A DNA stretch of 64,000 nucleotides. It comes from an uncultured delta proteobacterium (lineage in GTDB: Bacteria > Desulfobacterota > Desulfobacteria > Desulfobacterales > JAHEIW01). Positions 10,107-19,810 of this stretch are shown here, one piece after another. Made by a program: the position numbers and the translations under genes. The stretch is taken from positions 384,001 through 448,000 of the forward strand of contig CAVPNL010000015.1 in the NCBI GenBank assembly GCA_963706575.1, read 5' to 3'. Position 1 is the first letter of the stretch. Every line of letters begins with the position of its first letter. Below the pieces are notes generated by a model. It saw only the letters and a program-made list of their open reading frames with translations, was not told where the DNA came from and did not search any database.

Positions 10107-11403
10107 CCTTTTAAATGCCGATAGGCCGCCGCTTCTCTGTCCGGGCTGCGCCCATGAACGTATCACCCATACCCTGGATCAAGCGTTTCAGAAAATGGGC
10201 CTGGCCCGCCATCAGATCGTGATCGTCAGCGATATTGGCTGCTCCGGCTTATTTGATACCTTCTTTCACACCCACGCCATGCACGGCTTGCATGGCCGCG
10301 CCCTGACTTATGCGGCCGGGCTGAAAATGGCACGACCGGAGCTCAACGTGGTCGTCAGCATGGGCGATGGCGGGCAAGGCATCGGCGGGGCTCACCTGCT
10401 GGCCGCCTGTCGCCGCAATCTAAACCTGACGTTGCTGATCTTAAACAATTTTAATTTTGGTATGACCGGCGGCCAGTTTTCAGCCACCACGCCGCCGGAA
10501 GCCCGGCTGGGTTCGGGATTCTTAACGGCGTTGGAGCGCCCCCTGGATATCTGTGAAGTCGCCCGTTCCGCCGGTGCACCCTACGTCCACCGATGCTCCG
10601 GCTACGACAAGAATCTATCCCAAAAAATTCAGGGTGCCATCGAATATGAGGGGTTTGCGGTGATGGACATCTGGGGAATCTGTCCGGGTCGTTACACCAA
10701 AAAAAATCGTCTCACCCCTAAAATGATCGCTGAAGCCCTGGCCAAGCAGCCGCCGCTGGAAGGTATTATTTCTGAAAATGTTCGTCCCGAATACGGGCAA
10801 CATTATCGCCGCCTGGCAGCCGATCAGAAAGAGGTCCCCGCGCCCGCCGTTATCCAGAAACAATACAAAGCACCTCAGACCGGTCATCAAGAGGTCGTTT
10901 TGCTCGGCAGCGCCGGCCAGCGGATTATCACCGCCGGCGAGCTCCTGTGTATTGCCGGACTGACGGCCGGATTGAAGACCACACAGAAAAATGAATACAA
11001 CATCACCGTACTCAGAGGCCCTTCGATTAGCGAGCTGATTTTATCACCCGAGGAAATTGACTTTACTGGAATTGAAAACCCGACGGTGATGGTGGCTCTG
11101 GATCAGGAAGGGGTGGATCGGCGCCGGGACCTGTTTGAGCGTCTGGCAGAAGATGCGCTCATCATCCAGATCAGGGGCGTAAGCCTGCCGGCCAGCAAGG
11201 CTTGCATCCATCAGATTGATTTCAAAAGCCAGGGAATCAAACGCATGGACTGGGCTCTGGCCTCGCTGGTGGTGCTGGCCAAACTAAAAAATGTCATCCA
11301 TCTGAAAATGTTGGAAGCCGCTTTAAAGGCCAAATTTAAGGGCAAAACGCTGGACACCGCCCTGCAGCTCGTCAAACAGGTTAAAATTGGAGAAGCGGCA
11401 TAA
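10099..11403 (+). CDS. 2-oxoacid:ferredoxin oxidoreductase beta subunit fused to a gamma-like domain
   Basis: CPGC, DIGCS, HGRA, ThDP motif GDGG...NN, GMTGGQ; C-terminal GSAGQ gamma-type domain; overlaps the alpha gene by 8 nt. Confidence 0.88.
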   Translation: MNSLLNADRPPLLCPGCAHERITHTLDQAFQKMGLARHQIVIVSDIGCSGLFDTFFHTHAMHGLHGRALTYAAGLKMARPELNVVVSMGDGGQGIGGAHLLAACRRNLNLTLLILNNFNFGMTGGQFSATTPPEARLGSGFLTALERPLDICEVARSAGAPYVHRCSGYDKNLSQKIQGAIEYEGFAVMDIWGICPGRYTKKNRLTPKMIAEALAKQPPLEGIISENVRPEYGQHYRRLAADQKEVPAPAVIQKQYKAPQTGHQEVVLLGSAGQRIITAGELLCIAGLTAGLKTTQKNEYNITVLRGPSISELILSPEEIDFTGIENPTVMVALDQEGVDRRRDLFERLAEDALIIQIRGVSLPASKACIHQIDFKSQGIKRMDWALASLVVLAKLKNVIHLKMLEAALKAKFKGKTLDTALQLVKQVKIGEAA

Positions 11404-11526
11404 GGTTCGACGGTTGGGGCCGTTTTCCCGTTAAACGCCTTGTCTCGTTAAGATAGGAAAAATGTCTGATTTTATTTTTAACAAGACACCGCGCAAACGG
11501 GCCAACAGAACAAGGCGCTCAACCGG

Positions 11527-12663
11527 TCAACCGTCCTTTAAGACCTTTACCACATCAAAATCCCCATCCTCCCAAATAAACCGCTTGGATGCCTCGGGTT
11601 GACAGCGATCAAAAGCAAGCAAAACTGTCTTTTCAAGCCATTTTAAAAAGCGTGAGGCCGCCCGGGATGATAAGATACACTTTAACCAGATTAACGCGCC
11701 GCCAAAACGCGTAATTCGCTGTCGGTCATCAAAGGCCGGCAGCCCGGCTTTTTTGGCCGCACGCCAGTAATAGGCATAGGTGGTAATAATGAGAAGGATC
11801 GCAGCCCCCCGGGCTCTTGAAATTAGAGGCGCCGGAATGGCATCAAAAAATCGGGGGAATTCACGGAACCGACGAATGGCTCGCAGGATCAGCTGGGAGC
11901 GGACTTCCCGGATACACTGCTCACGCCGGGCGCCTTCCAGACCAGGTAGCTGAGGATGGTAAAAAATTCCGCGCTCATAATCTTTCTCCAGATCCCGCGT
12001 AATGTTGGCCAGCTGAATCACCTCGCCCACTGTGGCGCATAAGCGCAGCCGGGCATCATCAATTTCCGGTGAAAGCTTCTGATCCAGCCGTTGCATTTCT
12101 TCTGCAAACAAAATCGGCGTGCCGAGCACATGCCAGCAGTAGCGCGAAAGCTGCCCCGGAGTCTCTAAGACGCCTTCCTGTTGGGCAAAAATCCGGCTGG
12201 ACCAGATCATGCCTGTGCCCATGCGCTGGACAAGCCGTCGAATGGCATCCTGCTGGGGGCGGTCTAAGCGTTTGAAGTTACGATCAATATCCGGCGCCCG
12301 GTTCACCAACAGCAGATGCGTGCTTTCCCTTGGATCGGCGTTCAGGGCAGGGTCAAGCGCAGGCGCCGGTTTCAAACTGTCCGGGTTGTCAAACCGATCG
12401 ATAAAGCGCTGCAGGGCCCGTTCTTTTTCATGAACCGTGGGCAAAAGATCTTCATAGGTGTCCAGCATCCGGCAGTAAAGATAGGCCAGCGCCAGCGCGC
12501 GCCGCATGCGTGGCGGAAGAAATACAATGACAAGGGAAAAGGTGCGCGCCGCATGGGGCAAAATCTGCCAGAAAAAATGTTCGGGATCTTTGATCTGCCT
12601 CAGCCTTGACAGCGGGGGCTTTCTGCGGTTTGCCAACAAGTTAACAAAAATGGGACCCAGCAC
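11527..12663 (-). CDS. Squalene/phytoene synthase family protein (squalene synthase-like)
   Basis: ARTFSL flap, YLYCRMLDTYED first Asp-rich motif, YC, QLANITRDLEKD second motif. Confidence 0.85.
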   Translation of the reverse strand: MLGPIFVNLLANRRKPPLSRLRQIKDPEHFFWQILPHAARTFSLVIVFLPPRMRRALALAYLYCRMLDTYEDLLPTVHEKERALQRFIDRFDNPDSLKPAPALDPALNADPRESTHLLLVNRAPDIDRNFKRLDRPQQDAIRRLVQRMGTGMIWSSRIFAQQEGVLETPGQLSRYCWHVLGTPILFAEEMQRLDQKLSPEIDDARLRLCATVGEVIQLANITRDLEKDYERGIFYHPQLPGLEGARREQCIREVRSQLILRAIRRFREFPRFFDAIPAPLISRARGAAILLIITTYAYYWRAAKKAGLPAFDDRQRITRFGGALIWLKCILSSRAASRFLKWLEKTVLLAFDRCQPEASKRFIWEDGDFDVVKVLKDG

Positions 12664-12889
12664 TGCGACCTCTCCGGTTGGTTAAATTGATCAGAGGATA
12701 ATTTTCATCACAAAAGTGCGGAAAATAAAGCTGAAAAATATTTCGTGTTTTTTAATTTTCGTGATCTCGCGGTTTTATCAAAGCCGTGCAAAAATAAAAG
12801 ACCCAACCATCACAGTCAGTCGGGCCTTTGATCGGGTCTCGCTTGTGCGCTTATACGCTTGTACGCTTTTACTGTGGCTGAAAGGTGTC

Positions 12890-13105
12890 TTATTCGAGGA
12901 CCATCAGCACTTGATCGGTGGATACCTTATCGTCAACTTTAACCTTGATTTCTTTTACTATACCGGCTTCAGGAGTCGGGATGGCATTTTCCATTTTCAT
13001 GGCTTCAAGAATGACCACCTCTTGATACTCTAATACTTCATCACCCTCCTTCACAAGTATATTAATAATCGTACCCGGCATCGGCGCAATAATTTCAGTT
13101 GCCAT
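12890..13105 (-). CDS. Stand-alone biotin carboxyl carrier protein
   Basis: APMPG...EAMKMEN biotinylation motif; GGAGG RBS. Confidence 0.92.
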   Translation of the reverse strand: MATEIIAPMPGTIINILVKEGDEVLEYQEVVILEAMKMENAIPTPEAGIVKEIKVKVDDKVSTDQVLMVLE

Positions 13106-13478
13106 TCCTTCCTCCCTTCAAAAATTTTAGCTTTATTCAATTAAACTTTCAATTAAGGTGTTCCAAATTAACAAAAAAATAGTCTCACGCAAAGCCGCTA
13201 AAGCCGAAAAGAAATGTCGTAATAATTGCTGTTTTATTTTTTCTTGGTATCTTGGCGTCTTTGCGTCTTTGCGAGAGGTTATAATTCGATGTCTATTTCA
13301 GTTGTTTGTTAACCTCCCCAAAGAGCTGGGGATGTATTTCAGCCAACCCCGTTTGATACTCAAAGGCGCAAGGAATGTCAAGTTCAAATAGTGTGCTTCT
13401 ATCCTTGACGTGCATGCATCGTTCGTATATGGAACAGATGACAAAAATTTGGAACTACTACAGCGTTGGAGGAGGAAT

Positions 13479-15212
13479 ATGAAACCTTATTTTGAAAAAA
13501 TGAAAGAATTTGGACAAGAACTTAAACCCGGACAGATTAAAAGCACCGAGGCCAGTGTGAAGCAGATTCAGGAAGTCGAAGCTCAGGTGGCCGAAGCCAT
13601 AGAAAAGGTCAAGAACGCCGGAATGCCGGCCGAAAAGATCAACGCCCGGGGACAATTGACCGTGTGGCAGCGTCTGGAGTACCTGGTGGACCCCGGTACC
13701 TGGAATCCGCTGCATACCCTGTACAACCCCGAAGACAATAGCGAAGGCACCACAAATGTGATTGACGGTCTGGCCAAAATCTCGGGCAAATGGGCTGTTG
13801 TCATCGGCTTTGACAACAAGGTTTATGCCGGGGCCTGGATACCCGGACAATCTGAAAACGTATTGCGTTGCACCGACCTGGCCAAACGCTTGAATATCCC
13901 GCTGGTCTGGCTGGTTAACTGCAGTGGCGTCAAATTAACCGAACAGGAAAAATTTTACGCTGATCGCCGTGGCTCCGGCACCACATTTTTCCGGCATGCC
14001 GAGCTCAATCAGGCCGGTGTACCCATTCTGGCGGGCATTTACGGCACCAACCCGGCCGGCGGCGGATACCAGGGTATCAGCCCCACCATCCTGTTTGCCC
14101 ACAAAGACTGTAACATCGCCGTGGGCGGCGGCGGCATTTTAAGCGGCATGTCACCCAAAGGATACTTTGATCTGGAAGGTGCCGAACAGCTGATTTCGGC
14201 CGCCAAGCAATTCAAGGTTGAGCCGCCCGGATCCACCAAAATCCATTACGATGAGACCGGATTTTTCCGGTATGTGTTTGAAAAAGAGGAAGAGGTTTTA
14301 GACGGCATCAAAGATTATATGAAAGACATGCCGGCCTATAATCCGAAATTTTTCCGTGTAGCGGAACCGAAAGAACCGCGGTTTTCCCAGGAAGATCTCT
14401 ATCATCTGGTACCCTTCAACCAGAAGGCCATGTATAATTTTGACGAGATTCTGGCCCGTCTGGTCGACGGCAGCGAACATATGGAATACCGGCCGGATTA
14501 CGGCCCCGAGGTTTACACCGGGCTGGTTAAAGTTGACGGGTACCTCATGGGCGTAATCGGCAACCGCCAGGGATTTTTTGGAGAGGATTATCCCGAATAT
14601 GCCGACTATGCCGGAATCGGCGGCAAGCTCTACCGTCAGGGCTTAATCAAAATGAACGAGTTTGTCACCCAATGCGGTCGGGACCGGGTGCCCATCATCT
14701 GGTTTCAGGATACCAGCGGCATCGATGTCGGCGACATCGCCGAAAAAGCCGAACTGCTGGGACTTGGGCAGGCGCTGATTTATTCCATCCAGCAAACCGA
14801 TGTCCCCATGATGCTGGTCCTGCTAAGAAAGGGAACCGCAGCCGCCCATTATATCATGGGGGGGCCCACGGCCAACCGCCATAATGCATTTACCCTGGGT
14901 ACACCCACCACCGAAATATACGTGATGCACGGTGAAACCGCGGCGGCAGCCAGTTTTTCCCGCCGCCTGGTCAAAGAAAAAGAGGCCGGCAGACCGCTGG
15001 AGCCGATCATCGAAGAAATGAACAAATTGGTCAAGGAGTATTACGACTACTCCAGGCCGACCTATTGCGCCCAGCATGGTCTGGTGGACGAAGTCGCCAA
15101 AATGACCGGCATTCGGCAATACCTGGAAGCCTTTGCCGGGGCGGCGTATCAAAACCCCAAATCCATCTGCCCGCAGCACCAGATGATGCTACCCAGGATC
15201 ATCAAGGGGTAA
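13479..15212 (+). CDS. gcdA: Glutaconyl-CoA decarboxylase alpha subunit (carboxyltransferase)
   Basis: AGAWIPGQ, NCSGVKL, GTNPAGGGY, GGKLYRQGL, QDTSGIDVG, VMHGETAA, SICPQHQMMLPR resemble GcdA; GGAGGAGG RBS before ATG 13479. Confidence 0.85.
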   Translation: MKPYFEKMKEFGQELKPGQIKSTEASVKQIQEVEAQVAEAIEKVKNAGMPAEKINARGQLTVWQRLEYLVDPGTWNPLHTLYNPEDNSEGTTNVIDGLAKISGKWAVVIGFDNKVYAGAWIPGQSENVLRCTDLAKRLNIPLVWLVNCSGVKLTEQEKFYADRRGSGTTFFRHAELNQAGVPILAGIYGTNPAGGGYQGISPTILFAHKDCNIAVGGGGILSGMSPKGYFDLEGAEQLISAAKQFKVEPPGSTKIHYDETGFFRYVFEKEEEVLDGIKDYMKDMPAYNPKFFRVAEPKEPRFSQEDLYHLVPFNQKAMYNFDEILARLVDGSEHMEYRPDYGPEVYTGLVKVDGYLMGVIGNRQGFFGEDYPEYADYAGIGGKLYRQGLIKMNEFVTQCGRDRVPIIWFQDTSGIDVGDIAEKAELLGLGQALIYSIQQTDVPMMLVLLRKGTAAAHYIMGGPTANRHNAFTLGTPTTEIYVMHGETAAAASFSRRLVKEKEAGRPLEPIIEEMNKLVKEYYDYSRPTYCAQHGLVDEVAKMTGIRQYLEAFAGAAYQNPKSICPQHQMMLPRIIKG

Positions 15213-15227
15213 GAAGCTGTATTAAAT

Positions 15228-15308
15228 CGGTTGTGCCCGTTGAGCCCGTTTAAAGCCATCAGATAGATTCCCTTTTTTAACCGGCAAACGGGCTAACGGG
15301 CACAACCG
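15228..15308. repeat. Intergenic inverted repeat of the AAACGGGC/GCCCGTTT family
   Basis: CGGTTGTGCCCGTT (15228-15241) pairs perfectly with AACGGGCACAACCG (15295-15308); relatives near 11410-11526 and 19835-19950. Confidence 0.7.
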
Positions 15309-15434
15309 GTTGAAACAGCTTCCACATGATCTCAGACTTACAGATAGCTGAATTTTTCCACCCCCGTAGGGCCTTCAAATATCCCCATTTAATTTTGTAT
15401 ATTCTTAATTCAACTTTCTTGATATGATTTTTAT

Positions 15435-16343
15435 ATGAAATCGATCTTACGGCGAGCATTCAATACCATTTCAATCCTGCTGATGGCGTGCACCATCGTT
15501 ATGGCATCATCCGGGTCGGCTGCGGCCGTCAGCCTATCATCAGCGAATGTCGCCAATGGGCAGGTGACTGTTCTCGAAATTAATTTGCACGATCTGGATC
15601 CGGCCGCAACCGATCTGAAAGCCATTTTCGGGCAAAACACGATTGCCCTTTTCCAGCACCCGGTTAAGCCCACCGGGATCTATTGCGGGCTGGTCGGAAT
15701 TCCGATAAGCACCACACCACAAAAAGCGGTCATCGAACTGCAATGGACGGATTCCCGCGGTCGTCATAAAGCAAGGGTTGCTGTTCGCATCGTTGCAGGA
15801 AACTACAAAAAAGAAGCCTTGCGTGTGGCACCGCGGCATGTAAAGCCGAGCCCGAAAAATCTGCGGCGTATCAAAAATGAAAAAAAAGAGATCCGCCGCA
15901 TCTATGCCAGCAGCAGCAACACCCGCCTATGGTATGGCAGTTTTAACAAGCCACTTGCCAGCGATATCACCAGCGCTTTTGGAACTCAGCGGTTGTTTAA
16001 CGGCCAGCTTCAAAGCTACCACCGGGGCACTGATTTGCGTGCCAAGACGGGCACACCGGTCTACGCATCCAATTTCGGGATCGTCAGACTGGCTAAAAAC
16101 CTATTTTATTCAGGCAATATTGTCATTGTGGATCATGGCAAGGGCATCTTCACCAATTATGCCCATTTAAGTAAAATTCAGGTGGTTGCCGGCCAGCATG
16201 TTACCCGAGGCGATCAAATCGGGTTGAGTGGTGCCACCGGGCGGGTCAGTGGTCCACATCTGCACTGGGGAGTGAAAATTAATGGGACTTATGTAGATCC
16301 GCTGCAGTTTCTCGCTGTTATTTCCGACCTGTTGGAACCGTAA
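15435..16343 (+). CDS. M23 family metallopeptidase, exported
   Basis: Signal peptide; HRGTD, YAHL, TGRVSGPHLHW motifs. Confidence 0.92.
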   Translation: MKSILRRAFNTISILLMACTIVMASSGSAAAVSLSSANVANGQVTVLEINLHDLDPAATDLKAIFGQNTIALFQHPVKPTGIYCGLVGIPISTTPQKAVIELQWTDSRGRHKARVAVRIVAGNYKKEALRVAPRHVKPSPKNLRRIKNEKKEIRRIYASSSNTRLWYGSFNKPLASDITSAFGTQRLFNGQLQSYHRGTDLRAKTGTPVYASNFGIVRLAKNLFYSGNIVIVDHGKGIFTNYAHLSKIQVVAGQHVTRGDQIGLSGATGRVSGPHLHWGVKINGTYVDPLQFLAVISDLLEP

Positions 16344-16478
16344 TCAAAATACATCCAACGATTAGAAAATTTCTTCGCTTCTTCATCCAGCAACGATTGC
16401 CTATTTTTCCAGGATGCACCGGCAAAAAGAGCAATTTTTTCTTTGTGCCAACATCCATTACCCGGTCATTTTCATCGT

Positions 16479-16536
16479 TAACTATTTGATTTTATATCAA
16501 TATACTGCTGAAACTAATTTTGGAACAGATATTGCT
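16479..16536 (+). promoter_or_regulatory. sigma54 promoter with an adjacent IHF site
   Basis: TGGAAC-N5-TTGCT at 16521-16536 (GG-N10-GC); reverse-strand AATCAAATAGTTA at 16479-16491 matches WATCAANNNNTTR. Confidence 0.65.
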
Positions 16537-16596
16537 AATTATTTTAGGATTCAAAGACCCCCTGACGGCTGATAAGCCCTAATACGGTATTTAAAA

Positions 16597-17367
16597 ATGG
16601 TTTCCATAACGAATTACCCCAACAGCAAAACCCTGGTGAGCCTTAGCGGCATCCCCAAAAATTTACCGAATCGGGTCCTGGAGGCCAGAAACAGCCGGTT
16701 TCAAAAAATTCTTTCCGCATTTGAAGCCCGCAATTCTAAAAATTCTTATAAAACCAGCGGGTTAACGATTGCCGACTACCGCGCCCGAGCGATCATTCCA
16801 AAATCACGTTACCGGCGGCAGCCTCAACCGGCCGATACACAATTGAAAAATACCATTTCGAATCGATTTCCGGCTCAAGCTGCGTTAGGGACCCCGTCGC
16901 GTCCTGACCATAAGATTAAAGATAAGGGTCCCTTTGAACCACTGCTGAAAAAAACCGGACCGCAACCCGTCGCCTTAACCGACCAGCAAATTATCGAACA
17001 AACGGTTCAAAAAGCAGCCGCAAAATACAATTTGCCGCCGGAGCTGATCACGGCTGTTATCCGGGCTGAATCAAACTTTACGGTTAGCGCCGTTTCTTCG
17101 GCCGGCGCCCAGGGTTTGATGCAGCTCATGCCGGCAACCGCTAAAGAGCTGGGAGTCAAAAATCCCTTTGATATCGAGCAAAATATCGACGGCGGCACGA
17201 AATATTTACGGAAGATGCTGGATCGTTTCGGGGGCAGTGTCCGCAAAGCCCTGGCAGCCTATAATGCCGGCCCGGGAACCGTAATGAAATATAACGGCCG
17301 GGTCCCCTATCCGGAAACCCGGCAGTATGTCAAGCGCGTGTTGCGATTTTCCAGGCAGATGACCTGA
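16597..17367 (+). CDS. Lytic transglycosylase (SLT domain) with a low-complexity N-terminal extension
   Basis: AVIRAESNF, SSAGAQGLMQLMP, AAYNAGPG, ETRQYV; no Sec signal peptide. Confidence 0.9.
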   Translation: MVSITNYPNSKTLVSLSGIPKNLPNRVLEARNSRFQKILSAFEARNSKNSYKTSGLTIADYRARAIIPKSRYRRQPQPADTQLKNTISNRFPAQAALGTPSRPDHKIKDKGPFEPLLKKTGPQPVALTDQQIIEQTVQKAAAKYNLPPELITAVIRAESNFTVSAVSSAGAQGLMQLMPATAKELGVKNPFDIEQNIDGGTKYLRKMLDRFGGSVRKALAAYNAGPGTVMKYNGRVPYPETRQYVKRVLRFSRQMT

Positions 17368-17595
17368 TTAAAGCCAGCCTTCAAAGATTTTACCCTGCCG
17401 ATTTTCTTCCGAATCTTCATCCCAACAATGATATGAATTTTATCCGCTTTCGAATATAATCAGCTACAAGCACCATATTAATTCAAAATAAAATAATACC
17501 CCAAGTTTTTTTGTTGACAGGCGTCCGCCATTCGATTATACCCCACGCTTTAATTTCCAGCAGCCCTGATCGCTGGGATCAATGAGGAAAGGACA

Positions 17596-18264
17596 TTGAA
17601 CACAATTACCAGATATAATAAGCAGCCGCTTTACGATACCGCAGGACAGGTCCCCAAACTAAGTACCATCGCCGCTGCGCTGGGCATTAAAGATCCCTAT
17701 ACCCGGGAACACAACCGGCGGGTTGCGATTTATGCTCGCCGGCTGGCCGAGCGCATCGGTCTGAGTGCCGGAACCGTTGAAAATATCCAACTGGGCGGTC
17801 TGCTGCATGATATAGGAAAAATCGGTCTGAGCGCAAAGGTTCTCAACAATACGCACGAGCAGCTGTCCGGCGACATGATGGCTGAAGTGCATTTGCACCC
17901 GCTAATGGGTGCAGCTATCTTAAAGAATCTTGATGTTCCCGCGCCGGTTATTGATTATGTCCGATACCATCATGAAAAAATGGACGGCAGCGGTTACCCC
18001 TTTGGACTCCGCAACGACCAGATCCCGCTGGGCGCCAAAATTATCCGGGTGGCCGATTGTTTTGATGCCATTACAACGGACCGGCCGTATCAGCAACGCA
18101 AAAGCTGGATCGAGGCTCTGGCTGTTTTACGTCAAATCAGCGGCACTGACCTAAATCCCGCGCTGGTTGCGGCATTCATTGCCGACATAAAAGAAAACGG
18201 GCTGGCGCTAGACCCGACCCGTTCCATCTCGCTATACAGCCCGATTTCTCAATATCTTTTTTAA
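17596..18264 (+). CDS. Stand-alone HD-GYP phosphodiesterase
   Basis: DPYTREH, LHDIGK, HHEKMDGSGYP, DCFDAITTDRPY; TTG start after AAGGA; TTGACA-17-TATACC at 17514-17542. Confidence 0.88.
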   Translation: MNTITRYNKQPLYDTAGQVPKLSTIAAALGIKDPYTREHNRRVAIYARRLAERIGLSAGTVENIQLGGLLHDIGKIGLSAKVLNNTHEQLSGDMMAEVHLHPLMGAAILKNLDVPAPVIDYVRYHHEKMDGSGYPFGLRNDQIPLGAKIIRVADCFDAITTDRPYQQRKSWIEALAVLRQISGTDLNPALVAAFIADIKENGLALDPTRSISLYSPISQYLF

Positions 18265-18378
18265 AATTTAAAAGACCGCATCCGGCCTTTGTGGCTGGAT
18301 CATCATTTCTTTCGCTGCTCGGCTGGGCAGGCGGCAACCGGTATGTTTTAATCGGCCTGGCAGAATGAGACCATCAAA

Positions 18379-19557
18379 TTGACTCCTCAAACAAAAGGCG
18401 CCAACACAAGGGTTATTCTAGCCTTAACTCTGATCCACTTCATTGGCGACTTCTATAACGCCTTTATCATTCCCCTGCTGCCGCTTTTTATCGACAAATT
18501 CTCATTAACCCTGGCCCAGGCCGGCCTGGTTACCGGTCTGAGCCGTTTTCTGGCCTTTGTGGTCCAGCCCCCGGTCGGGTATCTTGCCGACAGGCACCCT
18601 TCGCGCTTCTTTGCCCTGGGCGGGCCTCTGATGGTGATGGTGTTTATTCCGCTAACCGGAATTACGCCTCATTTCTGGATGCTGGTCCTTTGTGTCTGTC
18701 TGGGTTCGATCGGATCTTCCATGTTTCATCCCACCGCCGCCGGGATGGTCCAACCCTACGCAGGCCGCCATTTCGGAATGGCCATGTCCATCTTTGGCAC
18801 TGGCGGTACGTTGGCATTTGCCGTCGGGCCGCTGTTTATCAGCTGGCTGGTCGCCAGATATGGCCTGGGTGCGACGCCGTTTTCAATGATACTGGGTATC
18901 GGGGTCATCATTTTTATTTTCAGGACCGTTCCGACGCCCCAAGCCAGTATACTGAAAAGTCATGGTTTCATTAATTCCATTAAAGAAGTTTTTGGAGCCG
19001 TATGGCTTCCGATCGTCTTGATCCTGATGGTCATGATTATGCGCGCTTTTGTCAGTCAGTCGTTTATGACCTATCTGCCCGTAAAGGTTGCACGCCTGGG
19101 CTATTCGCTGGTTTCTATCGGCACCCTGGTTTCACTGTTTACTATCGCCGGTGCGCTGAGCGGTCTTTTGGCCGGCCACCTTTCCGATCGGATTGGATTT
19201 AAACCCGTGTTTATTTGCGCTCATCTTCTGGCAACACCCTGTATCGTCGCCGCGCTTTATCTGCCCGGCAATTGGATTTTCATATTTTGTTTTTTGTCCG
19301 GTTTTTTTATTCTGGCCACTATCCCGCTGGGGGTTGCCCTGGCACAAAAGCTGGCCCCCAAAGGAAAAGCCATGGCCTCCAGCCTGATGATGGGGCTCGC
19401 CTACGGCACGGGCGGGTTGCTGACCCCGTTGACAGGAAAGCTGGCGGATATATTTACGATCCAGCCGGTATTGACCGTAATCGCCATTGTCCCCGTATTG
19501 ACCCTCGTGCCCATTATTTATCTATTTAGTAAGGATCCTTCAACGGTCACGGCCTGA
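18379..19557 (+). CDS. MFS transporter (Fsr-like)
   Basis: About 12 hydrophobic helices, GYLADR, MFHP, GHLSDRIG. Confidence 0.88.
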   Translation: MTPQTKGANTRVILALTLIHFIGDFYNAFIIPLLPLFIDKFSLTLAQAGLVTGLSRFLAFVVQPPVGYLADRHPSRFFALGGPLMVMVFIPLTGITPHFWMLVLCVCLGSIGSSMFHPTAAGMVQPYAGRHFGMAMSIFGTGGTLAFAVGPLFISWLVARYGLGATPFSMILGIGVIIFIFRTVPTPQASILKSHGFINSIKEVFGAVWLPIVLILMVMIMRAFVSQSFMTYLPVKVARLGYSLVSIGTLVSLFTIAGALSGLLAGHLSDRIGFKPVFICAHLLATPCIVAALYLPGNWIFIFCFLSGFFILATIPLGVALAQKLAPKGKAMASSLMMGLAYGTGGLLTPLTGKLADIFTIQPVLTVIAIVPVLTLVPIIYLFSKDPSTVTA

Positions 19558-19595
19558 GATCCGCAAAAAGAGCGCAGGAATTCTCCGATCTTCGA

Positions 19596-19623
19596 TTTAC
19601 AAAAAGAAGATCATACCTATAAT
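19596..19623 (+). promoter_or_regulatory. sigma70-type promoter
   Basis: TTTACA (19596-19601), 16 bp, TATAAT (19618-19623). Confidence 0.55.
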
Positions 19624-19672
19624 AGATTTTAGGTTTTCGCCTGGAATCGTTTGAATACAAGGACAGTAAAAG

Positions 19673-19810
19673 ATGGACGAAGATATATTTGAATATATGG
19701 ATGAATTGGATTGTGAAGTAACCGTTTTCGACGGCGCCTACAAAACCTGCGAGATGGCTGAAGAAGAGACCTATGAGGAAATCGAAATTTATAAAGATTT
19801 TGATATTTAA
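19673..19810 (+). CDS. Small highly acidic protein, 45 aa (below the ORF-track cutoff)
   Basis: MDEDIFEYMDELDCEVTVFDGAYKTCEMAEEETYEEIEIYKDFDI; AAGGA RBS 9 nt upstream and a promoter upstream. Confidence 0.6.
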   Translation: MDEDIFEYMDELDCEVTVFDGAYKTCEMAEEETYEEIEIYKDFDI

